Shown: piece after piece, positions 45,799-55,280 of the stretch
Layout: every line of letters begins with the position of its first letter
How positions within the stretch are numbered: position 1 is the first letter of the stretch
DNA from: Dehalococcoidia bacterium
GTDB taxonomy: Bacteria > Chloroflexota > Dehalococcoidia > SZUA-161 > SpSt-899
DNA length: 64,000 nt
NCBI GenBank assembly: GCA_041300025.1
Contig: JBGLNL010000001.1
Span: 427,888 to 491,887 of the forward strand
Reading direction: 5' to 3'
The notes under the pieces: generated by a model
Seen by the model: the letters and a program-made list of their open reading frames with translations, nothing else
Databases searched by the model: none
What the model was told of the DNA's origin: nothing
Made by a program: the position numbers and the translations under genes

Positions 45799-48636
45799 AT
45801 GTTCAAAAAGTTCCTCAGCGTGCTTGGCGGTGATTCAAATGAAAGAGAGCTCAAGCGACTCCAGCCAATAGCAGAGGAAATCAATGCGCTGGAGCCTGAT
45901 TTCGAGAAACTTGATAACGAAGGTCTCCTTGCCAAAACCCGTGAATTCAAGGATCGCCTGAATTCCGGGGAAGAGCTCGATGATCTCCTTCCTGAGGCAT
46001 TCGCCGCAGTCCGGGAAGCCTCCAGGCGAACACTGGGCCTGCGCCACTTCGATGTCCAGCTCATCGGCGGGATGGTGCTGCACGAAAACAAAATCGCCGA
46101 GATGAAAACAGGGGAAGGCAAAACTCTGGTCGCCACCCTGCCTGCCTATCTTAATGCACTCACCGGCGAAGGCGTCCATGTAATTACGGTGAATGATTAC
46201 CTCTCCAAACGAGATACACAATGGATGGGGGCTGTCTATCACGCATTAGGTATGAGCGTAGGCTGCATCCAGCACGATTCCGCTTTTCTCTTCGACCCTG
46301 ACTACGATTCGGAAGATGAGTCCTGGCCGCATCTGCGTCCGATATCCCGCAAGCAGGCCTACAATTCCGATATTACCTACGGTACCAACAATGAATTCGG
46401 ATTTGATTATCTGCGCGACAATATGGTGGTAGACCTTTCCCAAAAGGTGCAGAGAAATTTCAATTACGCCATTGTCGATGAAGTCGATAACATACTCATC
46501 GATGAAGCCCGTACCCCACTGATTATCAGCGGTCAAGGCGAGGAATCAAGCGATGCATACCGTATCGCCGCCCGAGCAGTTATCGACTTAAAGAAAGGGA
46601 TCACCGAAAACGAGGTCCAGCAACTGAAAAACCAGATGGGCAACAACGAGGCCTTTGCACTGGTTGATGCTGATTATGATTATGTTTACGATGAGAAATC
46701 CCGTATGAGTTACCCCACGGCCAGAGGCCAGCGAATAATTGCGCATGCATTTAAAGATACTGAGATGTACGGCAGCTCAAGCACATCAGATATAAATCTG
46801 GAAAGAAGCGAAGAGCGGGGGCAGAATCGGCACATTGCCAACAACGCATTGCAGGCAAAGCTTTTTTACCAATGCGACCGCCAATACGTCATCGAACGCA
46901 TAGATGAAAAAGGCCTCGGGATCATGATCGTAGATGAGTTCACGGGACGAAAGATGCCCGGCCGGAGGTTTTCCGATGGTCTGCATCAGGCACTGGAAGC
47001 CAAAGAGAATCTTCCCATTCGAGCAGAGAGCGTTACTCTGGCCACTATCACTTTCCAGAACTACTTCAGGATGTATGATAAACTCGCCGGAATGACGGGG
47101 ACAGCAGTAACAGAAGCCGAAGAATTCCATAAAATATATGAACTTGATGTGGTTGTAATTCCCACCAATCGCGAACTTATACGGAACGAATATCCGGATC
47201 AGGTATATCGGACCATCGAGGGCAAGCGCCGTGCGGTCATCCGTGAGATACAGGAATATCAGAAGGCAGGGCGTCCGTTACTGGTTGGTACTACTTCGGT
47301 AGAGGAATCTCAAATCCTGAGTGATATGCTCACCCGAAACGGGATCAAGCATAACGTCCTCAACGCCAAATTGCACGAGAGAGAAGCCCACATCGTCGCT
47401 CAGGCCGGACGCGCGGGCACCGTGACCATTGCCACTAATATGGCGGGGAGAGGAGTGGATATATTGCTTGGCGGCAATCCGGAGGAGATGGCGCGGGACC
47501 AGCTACGTAAGGAAGAGATCGACATTGCCTCAATATCCACAATGCAGTGGAACGATGCCCTCAGCATACTGCGCGTAGGGGGAGACCCTTGTGACAAATA
47601 TCCGGATCGCTGGGCCAAGATACTCAAAGAGCGTTATCGCCAGTGCGAGGAAGAAAAGAAAGCAGTTATTGATACGGGCGGATTGCACATTATCGGTACT
47701 GAGCGCCACGAGGCCCGCCGGATCGATAATCAGTTGCGAGGCCGTGCCGGCCGGCAAGGCGATCCCGGCAGTTCCCGGTTCTTCGTATCCGTTCAGGACG
47801 ATATCATGCGCCGGTTCGGCGGCGACCGCATCGGCGGGGTCATGGATCGATTCGGCTTCGACGAAGATACTCCCATTGAACATTCAATGATCTCAAAGGC
47901 CATTGAAAACACTCAGGTCAAAGTGGAAGCTTACCACTTCGATATCCGCAAACACCTGCTGGATTACGACGATGTATTGAACAAGCAACGCGGAGTCATC
48001 TATGGTGAAAGAGGAAAACTGTTAAGCGGATCTGATCTCAAAGCGAACATCATGGAAATGGTGGCAAAGACCATCACAAACTATATAAACAAAAATCTGC
48101 CCGGTGAAGATCCGGATGACTGGGATCTCAATGCCCTGATCAAAGAAACAGAGAGCATTCTCCCTCTGCCTCAGGATGCCACCGCAAAGAATCTCTATAT
48201 GATGAGCCGGGCAGAAATTGAAGAAAAGCTGCTCGATCATGCCACTTCGTTCTATGAACAGCGTGAAGAGGAAATGGGCCCGGAAAGTATGCGCATGCTG
48301 GAACGCCTGATCATGCTTCGGGCAATAGACAACCACTGGCGAGAGCATCTGACCGTACTGGAAAACATGCGGCAGGGGATCGGCCTGCGTGCATATGCCC
48401 AGAGAGATCCGCTGGTCGCCTATAAAACGGAGGCTTATTCCAGATTCCAGGAAATGCAGGAATTGATTCAACAGGATATAGTGCACAGAATCTATCACGT
48501 CAGTCTGGTCAAGCATCAGGCCCCGGAAAAGCCTAAGCAGGAAGCGATCCCCACCGGAAAGAAAGTGGGACGCAATGATCCCTGCCCTTGCGGCAGCGGA
48601 AAGAAATATAAAAAATGCTGCGGAAGAACAGTTTAG
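45799..48636 (+). CDS. secA: preprotein translocase ATPase SecA
   Basis: MKTGEGKTLVATLPAYLNAL, DEVDNILIDEARTPLIISG, and the C-terminal zinc motif CPCGSGKKYKKCCG. 945 aa. Confidence 0.97.
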   Translation: MFKKFLSVLGGDSNERELKRLQPIAEEINALEPDFEKLDNEGLLAKTREFKDRLNSGEELDDLLPEAFAAVREASRRTLGLRHFDVQLIGGMVLHENKIAEMKTGEGKTLVATLPAYLNALTGEGVHVITVNDYLSKRDTQWMGAVYHALGMSVGCIQHDSAFLFDPDYDSEDESWPHLRPISRKQAYNSDITYGTNNEFGFDYLRDNMVVDLSQKVQRNFNYAIVDEVDNILIDEARTPLIISGQGEESSDAYRIAARAVIDLKKGITENEVQQLKNQMGNNEAFALVDADYDYVYDEKSRMSYPTARGQRIIAHAFKDTEMYGSSSTSDINLERSEERGQNRHIANNALQAKLFYQCDRQYVIERIDEKGLGIMIVDEFTGRKMPGRRFSDGLHQALEAKENLPIRAESVTLATITFQNYFRMYDKLAGMTGTAVTEAEEFHKIYELDVVVIPTNRELIRNEYPDQVYRTIEGKRRAVIREIQEYQKAGRPLLVGTTSVEESQILSDMLTRNGIKHNVLNAKLHEREAHIVAQAGRAGTVTIATNMAGRGVDILLGGNPEEMARDQLRKEEIDIASISTMQWNDALSILRVGGDPCDKYPDRWAKILKERYRQCEEEKKAVIDTGGLHIIGTERHEARRIDNQLRGRAGRQGDPGSSRFFVSVQDDIMRRFGGDRIGGVMDRFGFDEDTPIEHSMISKAIENTQVKVEAYHFDIRKHLLDYDDVLNKQRGVIYGERGKLLSGSDLKANIMEMVAKTITNYINKNLPGEDPDDWDLNALIKETESILPLPQDATAKNLYMMSRAEIEEKLLDHATSFYEQREEEMGPESMRMLERLIMLRAIDNHWREHLTVLENMRQGIGLRAYAQRDPLVAYKTEAYSRFQEMQELIQQDIVHRIYHVSLVKHQAPEKPKQEAIPTGKKVGRNDPCPCGSGKKYKKCCGRTV

Positions 48637-48657
48637 ATGCAAGTGGAGCGCCTCTCC

Positions 48658-48921
48658 ATGCCCATTTACGAATATAAAGCAACAAGCCCTTCATCCTGCG
48701 ATTTATGCAAAGCTAAATTTGAGATACTGCAGAGTTTAAACGACAGGCCGCTTACTAAATGCCCTAAATGTAAAGCGCCGGTCAAACGCCTCTTTTCCGT
48801 AAATTTTATTGCGACCACAGAACCATTATCTTTCGAGGAAACATTCAATACCCACACCAGCGAAGAAGCCGACAATCTGGGCCTCGATGGAGGATTCGCC
48901 GGGGACCAAGTCTGGGAGTGA
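48658..48921 (+). CDS. FmdB-family zinc-ribbon protein
   Basis: MPIYEYKA...CDLC...CPKC, the typical CxxC-x-CxxC N-terminal ribbon. Confidence 0.8.
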   Translation: MPIYEYKATSPSSCDLCKAKFEILQSLNDRPLTKCPKCKAPVKRLFSVNFIATTEPLSFEETFNTHTSEEADNLGLDGGFAGDQVWE

Positions 48922-48978
48922 ATTCCACCAAACCAAAATGTTATAATTAGAACAAAATCAATTCTGGAGGTTATTTGT

Positions 48979-49803
48979 ATGAACAGTAAGTACATACTTC
49001 TGGGGATTCTAATTTTGCTGGTATTCTCCTTACCAGCCTGCGAGGGTGATGATAACGGGGGAGCCACTGTTTCAATAACTCCTACGCCCACCCCATCACC
49101 AACCCCTTTCATATCCATACCCCAAAAGATTCATCTGGAGAAAGGTCAGTACTGGAAGTTCAGCTATCTCATTGGAGAAGCAGAATGCGGCACTAACGAA
49201 TATAAAGTAACCGCGGTTCCGGAAGCAGCAGGGACCAGAACCTATATTATTGAGTCAGACCTCACCCTGGCACCAAGCAATCCCTGGTTGGGGAAAATAT
49301 TCACATCGGATGCCACCCTGAAAATCGGCGAGTTTGGCAATCCGTTAAATTACAATTCAGCAGAACAAATTGGCTCCGGCTGAGGGGCCATCAAGCAGTC
49401 GGTCGGCTGCAATGTAGCTAACAGCGTAGCAACAACATGGGTCAATATTAAAGGTGCCACTACGGAGAAGGACATCACCCTGAATCCTGAAACAATGCTG
49501 CTTACTGAGAATACAGTAGCCTGGCTGGACATGATCTACTCTGTCTGGCCTCTGAAAGAAGGGGAATCCGTTACTGTGCCGGTATTCAATCCGGATAAAC
49601 TTGAAACTTCGGAACTTGAGATAAATATCAGGGCATCCACAGAGCAACTCGACATGGGCGGGAAAATTTACAATGCCTTCGTATGCGATGTGGGATCGCC
49701 GGCACAGGTCCACTACGTAACTCAGGAAGGACAGCTTCTCAAGGTCGAGCAACCGGATTTGAATTTAACAATCAAGCTGATAGAAACCGGCTCACGCTAT
49801 TAA
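48979..49803 (+). pseudogene. hypothetical lipoprotein interrupted by a single in-frame TGA (49381-49383)
   Basis: Signal peptide and lipobox (LPAC). ORFs 48979-49383 and 49384-49803 are in the same frame, with no other stop between them. Confidence 0.55.
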
Positions 49804-49810
49804 ATCTAAA

Positions 49811-49835
49811 AAGGGCGAGTTTGAAACTCGCCCTT
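49811..49835. terminator. bidirectional rho-independent terminator between convergent genes
   Basis: AAGGGCGAGT-ttgaa-ACTCGCCCTT, followed by TTGTTTATTT on the plus strand and preceded by an A-rich run. Confidence 0.8.
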
Positions 49836-49839
49836 TTGT

Positions 49840-51027
49840 TTATTTATCCAGCAGCGCTGCCACGCCGGGTAAGACCTTGCCTTCGAGAAACTCAAGCGAA
49901 GCTCCTCCCCCGGTTGATACATGAGCCATTTTTGCATCAACACCAAACTGCGCAACGGCAGCGGCGGTGTCGCCACCACCAACGATAGTGGTAGCATCAA
50001 GTTCGGCAATGAACAAAGCTATTGCCTTCGTACCTGCGGCAAAAGAAGGGAATTCAAAAACTCCCACCGGTCCATTCCAGACAATTGTCCGGCAAACCTT
50101 CAATTCCCGCTTGAAATTCTCGATGCTTTTGGGGCCGATATCCAGCAGCATCCAGCCATCGGGAACAGCATCAATAGAAACAGTTTTGTGACTGGCTTTG
50201 GCCTCAAATTTTTCAGCCGCTATGCCATCAACCGGCAACAGCAATTTGACACCTTTTGATCTGGCTTTTGCCATCACATTCCTGCTGAACTCAAGCTGAT
50301 CATCTTCCACTTTGGAACTGCCCACACTGTGCCCCTGCGCTTTAATAAAAGTGTTGGCCATGCCTCCGCCAATAATCAGCAAATCTACTTTTTCGATAAT
50401 GTTTTCAAGCAGTGCGATCTTATCGGCCACCTTCGCCCCGCCAATGATCATAGCGAAGGGACGGGCAGGATCGGTCAGTGCTTTGCCCAGAAACTCGATT
50501 TCCTTTTCCATCAAAAAGCCGGAAACAGCCGGTAGATAATCGGCAACACCGGCAGTTGAGGCATGCGCCCGGTGAGCCGTGCCAAAGGCATCGTTCACAT
50601 AAACCTCAGCCAGCTTCGCCAGTGATTTAGCAAACGAAGGCTCATTCTTTGTTTCCTCATCATGAAAACGCAGATTTTCCAGCATGATCACATCCGAAGA
50701 TCGCATTTCCCCAACAGCTTTTTCCACCTCAGGCCCAATACAATCCGTCATGCACTTCACCGGTTTTCCCAGAAGAACGGCGAGCCTTTCGCCAACCCGT
50801 GATAAGCGCAGCTCATCCTTCACCTTGCCATCGGGCCTGCCCAGATGCGAACACAGAATGACTTTGGCACCCTGATCGATGAGATACCGGATGGTAGGAA
50901 GAGACGCCTTGATCCGGGCATCATCGGTTATCTCACCCGTTGATTTATCCATCGGCACATTGAAATCGACCCGCACCAGTACCCGCTTTTTCTGAACATC
51001 GATATCCCTAACTGTTTTTTTGGCCAT
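49840..51027 (-). CDS. pgk: phosphoglycerate kinase
   Basis: RVDFNVPMD. 395 aa from MAKKTVRDID, with GGAGG upstream. The ORF-track 435-aa version is an N-terminal over-extension. Confidence 0.95.
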   Translation of the reverse strand: MAKKTVRDIDVQKKRVLVRVDFNVPMDKSTGEITDDARIKASLPTIRYLIDQGAKVILCSHLGRPDGKVKDELRLSRVGERLAVLLGKPVKCMTDCIGPEVEKAVGEMRSSDVIMLENLRFHDEETKNEPSFAKSLAKLAEVYVNDAFGTAHRAHASTAGVADYLPAVSGFLMEKEIEFLGKALTDPARPFAMIIGGAKVADKIALLENIIEKVDLLIIGGGMANTFIKAQGHSVGSSKVEDDQLEFSRNVMAKARSKGVKLLLPVDGIAAEKFEAKASHKTVSIDAVPDGWMLLDIGPKSIENFKRELKVCRTIVWNGPVGVFEFPSFAAGTKAIALFIAELDATTIVGGGDTAAAVAQFGVDAKMAHVSTGGGASLEFLEGKVLPGVAALLDK

Positions 51028-51811
51028 TTTTACCTCCATGGATTTCTTCCAGACGATCCACGATCTTTGTCGCTTCAACAACCGACGCAGGAGCGACATC
51101 ATAAGGACTAAGACCCTTGAAATCTGCATCTCGAATAGCAGGGTCAACGCTTAAAAATCCAAGTACTTCAAAATCGGGGAGGTTCTTACGAACAAATTCT
51201 TCATCTTCAGGCCCGCTGATCTTGTTTCCCACCACATAGGTTTTATTTACCCCCAAATCGGCAGCCAGTTTTTTGACTGATCTGGCGGTCTGGATACTCC
51301 GCTGACCCGGCTCCACCACCACAATAAAAGCATCAACCCCCCTCACCGTTCCCCGTGCGAGGTGTTCCACCCCGGCATCCATATCCAGAATAACGGTCTC
51401 GTCTCTCCCTAAAATCAGGTGGCCGATCAAAGCTCTCAACAGAACACTTTCCGGGCAAATACATCCCATTCCACCGGTATCGATGGTGCCCAGCATAAGC
51501 AGCTTGACCCCGTTTTTTTCAACGGAAAACCGGTCAGGGATATCATCCACCTTCGGATTCAATTTAAAATAGGGGGCCTGGCTACCGGGTTTGGCTCCGG
51601 TTCGTTCTTCTATCAATTCGCTCATCTCGGATATGGGGGTTATCTTTTTCATCTCCTCATCGGAAATACCCAGCGCCGTTCCAAAGTTGGCATCGGGATT
51701 GGCATCAATCGCCAGCACTTTGTGGCCCCTCGATACATAAATCCGCGCCAGCAGACTGGCAAGGGTCGTCTTGCCAACCCCTCCTTTACCGGAAAGTGCT
51801 AATTTTAACAT
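51008..51811 (-). CDS. cooC: CooC/AcsF-type nickel-insertion P-loop ATPase (MinD/ParA superfamily)
   Basis: SGKGGVGKTT deviant Walker A and the GCICP CxC motif. 267 aa. 20-nt overlap with the pgk start. Confidence 0.7.
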   Translation of the reverse strand: MLKLALSGKGGVGKTTLASLLARIYVSRGHKVLAIDANPDANFGTALGISDEEMKKITPISEMSELIEERTGAKPGSQAPYFKLNPKVDDIPDRFSVEKNGVKLLMLGTIDTGGMGCICPESVLLRALIGHLILGRDETVILDMDAGVEHLARGTVRGVDAFIVVVEPGQRSIQTARSVKKLAADLGVNKTYVVGNKISGPEDEEFVRKNLPDFEVLGFLSVDPAIRDADFKGLSPYDVAPASVVEATKIVDRLEEIHGGKNGQKNS

Positions 51812-51912
51812 TTATACCCCCTTGCGTAGTGAATATTATACGACCAGCCAAAGCAAAGGTCTACCTTGCCCAAACAAAAACCGATATAATAACTTTCAGT
51901 GAGAAATTGAAA

Positions 51913-52170
51913 ATGCCATCACCGGAATCGGAAGTAATGCTGCGCCATCTTCCCGTCGATGAAGCTCTTATCAAACTGGATAAATTCCTCAACCAGACAT
52001 ACAAGGCCGGGCTTTATACGGTGCGCGTTATTCACGGGAAAGGTACCGGAACCCTCCGCCTTGAAGCGCGGCGGGAACTGGCCCGCCACCCGCTGGTGGA
52101 ATCATTCCGACCGGCCGAACCCTGGGAAGGTGGAGACGGAGCTACAATTGTGCAGCTTTCCCCCAAATAG
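51913..52170 (+). CDS. Smr-domain protein
   Basis: VRVIHGKGTGTLR and GGDGATIVQL. About 85 aa from the ATG at 51913. Confidence 0.75.
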   Translation: MPSPESEVMLRHLPVDEALIKLDKFLNQTYKAGLYTVRVIHGKGTGTLRLEARRELARHPLVESFRPAEPWEGGDGATIVQLSPK

Positions 52171-52172
52171 CT

Positions 52173-53261
52173 CTAACCCAAACCGAATTTTTCCTTGAGC
52201 ATTGCAGAAATTAGCGGCAAGTAAGAAAAAGCCCGTTCCACCAGACTTTCCTCCATTTGAGTATCCGCGCCATTAGTCGATACTTGAGGCAGCCCCCCTT
52301 CCAAATCAGCCATAACGGCGTTTTTGATACAGCATTTCGAAGGAGCAATCAATGCCTGCCGGGCAATTTTTTCGAGCGAAATATCGGAGTTATCAGCGAC
52401 CACCTTCCAGTAATCGGTCAAACGCTCAAACAGAGTCTGCGGGGTCTGAAAATCAAGCGTAGCTGATTCAGTAGGCACAATCCCCCAAGAAATAACCCCC
52501 CCGGAATTCAAAAAACGGGCAATATCACGAGCGTAACTTTTAGGCATAACCTCAAGCTGAAATGCGTCAATGGAAAGCAAATCCAGCCCCAGTCCCAGCA
52601 AATAAGGCAGATGCACATTCAAACATAGATGCAAGGCTCGGGGCCCTTCAAATCCATCGAGGAAACTGCAATAATCTTCCTGCGCCTGAAACTCGTTGTA
52701 TCCGGCAAACGAGTTGAATACCCAGCCCAGTCCCGGCTCATCGATCCAGACAAAAGCATTCGGGTGCTTTTGAGCCAGTTGCCGATACTGGAAATTAACC
52801 TTGCGCAATGTGAAATCAAACAGCAGTAACCTGACATCATCGTTGTAGATTATGGGTCTCTTTTCTTCATCGGTGACTCTGAACCCCAGATTTACAGGCC
52901 CGCAAATCTGACCCCGTATTGCCGCCCGGCCGCTGAAATCAGCATCGAGAAAGCGGGAATACGTCTTTGAGTTGCGGTCATGAAGTGCAAAAGTCTCAGG
53001 ATCATTCATCTTAGCCGAATAGGCCGCAAGTTCTTCAGCGAATCGTCCCGTATCGAATTCGACTCGTTTTTCGTCAGGATTGATAATAGCTCCGGGGAAT
53101 CCATCAGCAAGTTGAGCAAACATATCCTCATTGAAAGATATCCGGGGCAATTGAGGCCAGAAAGGTATATCCAGCCCCATAGCCAGTTCAAGTGCTCTAA
53201 CGGGGTCACGATGCGGCATGACTGCCATGGCGGTCGTCCGGCAGTTCGGTTCGAAATCCAT
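52173..53261 (-). CDS. URO-D/MetE-like TIM-barrel protein (putative methyltransferase; tentative)
   Basis: The N-terminal TTAMAVMPHRDP...IPFWPQLP resembles the xGSxPH opening of cobalamin-independent methyltransferase-like families. Not verified. Confidence 0.35.
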   Translation of the reverse strand: MDFEPNCRTTAMAVMPHRDPVRALELAMGLDIPFWPQLPRISFNEDMFAQLADGFPGAIINPDEKRVEFDTGRFAEELAAYSAKMNDPETFALHDRNSKTYSRFLDADFSGRAAIRGQICGPVNLGFRVTDEEKRPIIYNDDVRLLLFDFTLRKVNFQYRQLAQKHPNAFVWIDEPGLGWVFNSFAGYNEFQAQEDYCSFLDGFEGPRALHLCLNVHLPYLLGLGLDLLSIDAFQLEVMPKSYARDIARFLNSGGVISWGIVPTESATLDFQTPQTLFERLTDYWKVVADNSDISLEKIARQALIAPSKCCIKNAVMADLEGGLPQVSTNGADTQMEESLVERAFSYLPLISAMLKEKFGLG

Positions 53262-53462
53262 CTTTCAATCCAATTCGAATTTTATCACATCACGAAGCCA
53301 CAGCGATATAATTCTTCTACTTTCGCTACAAATTATTTTTTCCTCTCGAAACATCGCTCAACTGAACATGCCGGCAAAGTCATATCCCACTTATTCGTGA
53401 ACTGGCAATCCCCTCTTCCGAAATGATAAACTGGCAATTAAGAAACTCAGGCAAAACACCAG

Positions 53463-53579
53463 ATGAATATCAGAGGATTGATAGTTCCGGCAATTACACC
53501 GCTATACAATGCCGCTGTGGATATCCCCAGCCTGAACAATCTGCTGGAATTCATAATCAACGGCGGGGCAGATTCGATC
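53463..53579 (+). pseudogene. DapA/N-acetylneuraminate-lyase family, 39-codon 5' fragment
   Basis: MNIRGLIVPAITPLYNAAVDIPSLNNLLEFIINGGADSI matches the family N-terminus. No frame continues with the expected GTTGE region. Confidence 0.6.
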
Positions 53580-53880
53580 CGGCGGCCTGTTCGGCAAAAT
53601 TATACAACGTTTCATATATCCATTCGATTAAGTTCTGGAAACCCTTCGGCACAAGCTTCATCCGACGGGTACCCACAATAAACATCGCAAGTAGAACTAC
53701 GATGGCCAACCATGAAGCTATAATGCAGTTGGTTACGGGGAATCCGGAAATATCGAACACTTCTTCCGCAGGCAGATGAACATGAGGTTCCGGTGACGGT
53801 AGAAAAAGGAGGCTGACAATCGCCAAACCCAGAATTACTATGCCGCCTATTACCGCCTTAGTCAGACATCCTGCGCGCAA
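53578..53880 (-). pseudogene. atpB: F0F1 ATP synthase subunit a, 5' fragment of about 101 codons
   Basis: ISGFPVTNCIIASWL and RRMKLVPKGFQNLIEWIYETLYNFAEQ, then truncated before the conserved Arg helix. Preceded by an AtpZ/AtpI-like gene. Confidence 0.7.
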
Positions 53881-53885
53881 ATATC

Positions 53886-54116
53886 CTACTCCTCGCCGTT
53901 CCCGTCCTTAAGGATTTCAGCCAGCATTCTGTACATTCCATAAAAAGCCACTATTATTCCTAAACCCAAGCCAAGAAAGGTGAACAGTGGTTCCGTATCC
54001 ACTCTCCCATCCAGCCAGATACCTCCAAAAGTACCGGCCGCAATGCACACTCCTACATACCATCCGACCCCTGTTAATCGGGCAGCAAGCATCCATTTGT
54101 TCATCCCGATAACCAC
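53886..54116 (-). CDS. AtpZ/AtpI-like small membrane protein of the ATP synthase operon
   Basis: 76 aa with two TM helices (GVGWYVGVCIAAGTFGGIWLD...). Immediately upstream of atpB. Confidence 0.6.
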   Translation of the reverse strand: MVIGMNKWMLAARLTGVGWYVGVCIAAGTFGGIWLDGRVDTEPLFTFLGLGLGIIVAFYGMYRMLAEILKDGNGEE

Positions 54117-54293
54117 TTGTTACTTGTTAAACTTTATCACAGGTTTAGAGTGTGTCAATAGGCAATCTCACGGTGCAAACGAATCAAAAGCCAAACAGCT
54201 TGAATAATCCCGGAAGAGGGGCACAAACTCCCAAAAAAGGCCCTATCCATCAAATTGAACAAGACCTTTAAATATTAATATCATGAGCCAGAC

Positions 54294-54830
54294 TCAACTT
54301 GATTTATGGTCAAGCCCTTCCATATCCAGGGTATCAATAAAGTCGGTATAAGCCGAGAGGCTTTTTAACTCCTCCTCCGTGGGCTCACCCCTGTCATCTC
54401 CATGCTGGGGAATAGGTTTCCCTGTTTCGCTGTCAAGCATGATACCCGCCCGATCCAGCACGGACTCCTCCACATAAATAGGGGCGTCGGCCCGAATGGC
54501 AATGGCCATGGCGTCGCTGGGGCGGGAATCCAGTTCTACTTGCTCTCCATTTACATTAAGGAGCAAACGGGCATAAAAGGTATCGTTCTGAAGATCACTC
54601 ACTATAACGGAACCCACGGAAGCTCCTAGCATACTGATACTGGTAAACAGCAGATCGTGAGTTAATGGCCGGGGAGGTTCAACGCCCTGCAGTTTCATAG
54701 CAATAGCATCAGCTTCGGCAGGCCCAATCCAGATAGGAAGAAAACGCTCGGCATCCTTCTCCTTAAGGATCACCACACGCTGATAATTCACCATACTCAC
54801 ACGTATACTGTCAATAGTCATTTCAATCAT
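54294..54830 (-). CDS. bifunctional nuclease (BFN, DUF151) family protein
   Basis: VVILKEKDAERFLPIWIGPAEADAIAMKLQGVEPPRPLTHDLL, the characteristic core. Confidence 0.8.
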   Translation of the reverse strand: MIEMTIDSIRVSMVNYQRVVILKEKDAERFLPIWIGPAEADAIAMKLQGVEPPRPLTHDLLFTSISMLGASVGSVIVSDLQNDTFYARLLLNVNGEQVELDSRPSDAMAIAIRADAPIYVEESVLDRAGIMLDSETGKPIPQHGDDRGEPTEEELKSLSAYTDFIDTLDMEGLDHKSS

Positions 54831-54975
54831 TTAATTATGCCTCCAAACCCCTGCAATCGAATTCTAAATTACCAGTTCTCGCATGTCAACAAAAGCCAGG
54901 TATTTACACACGTGTAATTATTACTCCGGCAACTGAATATGATATGTCCTTCCGGCCTCCGAGCCGTAATCCAAT

Positions 54976-55215
54976 CAGGTTGTCCGAAAACTCTTTTTCA
55001 GCCCCCCCTCGTGTTCCCCCCTCCCTCCCTCGAAGGGAGGGATATGAGGGAGGGTAAAATGCAGGCCCGGCTGCCTTTATGGTGCCCTCATAATTACAAA
55101 TTGGGGGACACCCCCAAAACCCCCGGCAGGAAGAATCCTGCACCTCTTTTCGGACAGACTGACTAAGGGGTGTGTATCCCTTCCACCCATCTGGATTCCC
55201 CCCGACTTCATACAT
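54976..55215 (+). repeat. G5/C5-hairpin repeat, copy E; MITE-like unit 54976-55161 bounded by 15-nt inverted repeats
   Basis: CAGGTTGTCCGAAAA at 54976-54990 versus the reverse complement of 55147-55161, CAGTCTGTCCGAAAA (13/15). Internal hairpins CCCTCCCTCGAAGGGAGGG and TGGGGGACACCCCCA. Shares aacccccggcaggaagaatcctgcac with copy B. Confidence 0.75.
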
Positions 55216-55280
55216 TATTGGGCAAATTTGTCTCGTATTTAATTGCCCCATTAAAGCGAAGGTGGGAATACGTTAAATAC

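Noticed and set aside
49381-49383. In-frame TGA as selenocysteine or as evidence for an alternative genetic code
   Set aside because: There is no Cys/Sec redox motif context (GSG-TGA-GAIK), and I could not see a convincing SECIS-like hairpin directly downstream. TGA clearly terminates other well-supported genes here (radical SAM at 1858, nadK at 15386, sdhA at 19369).
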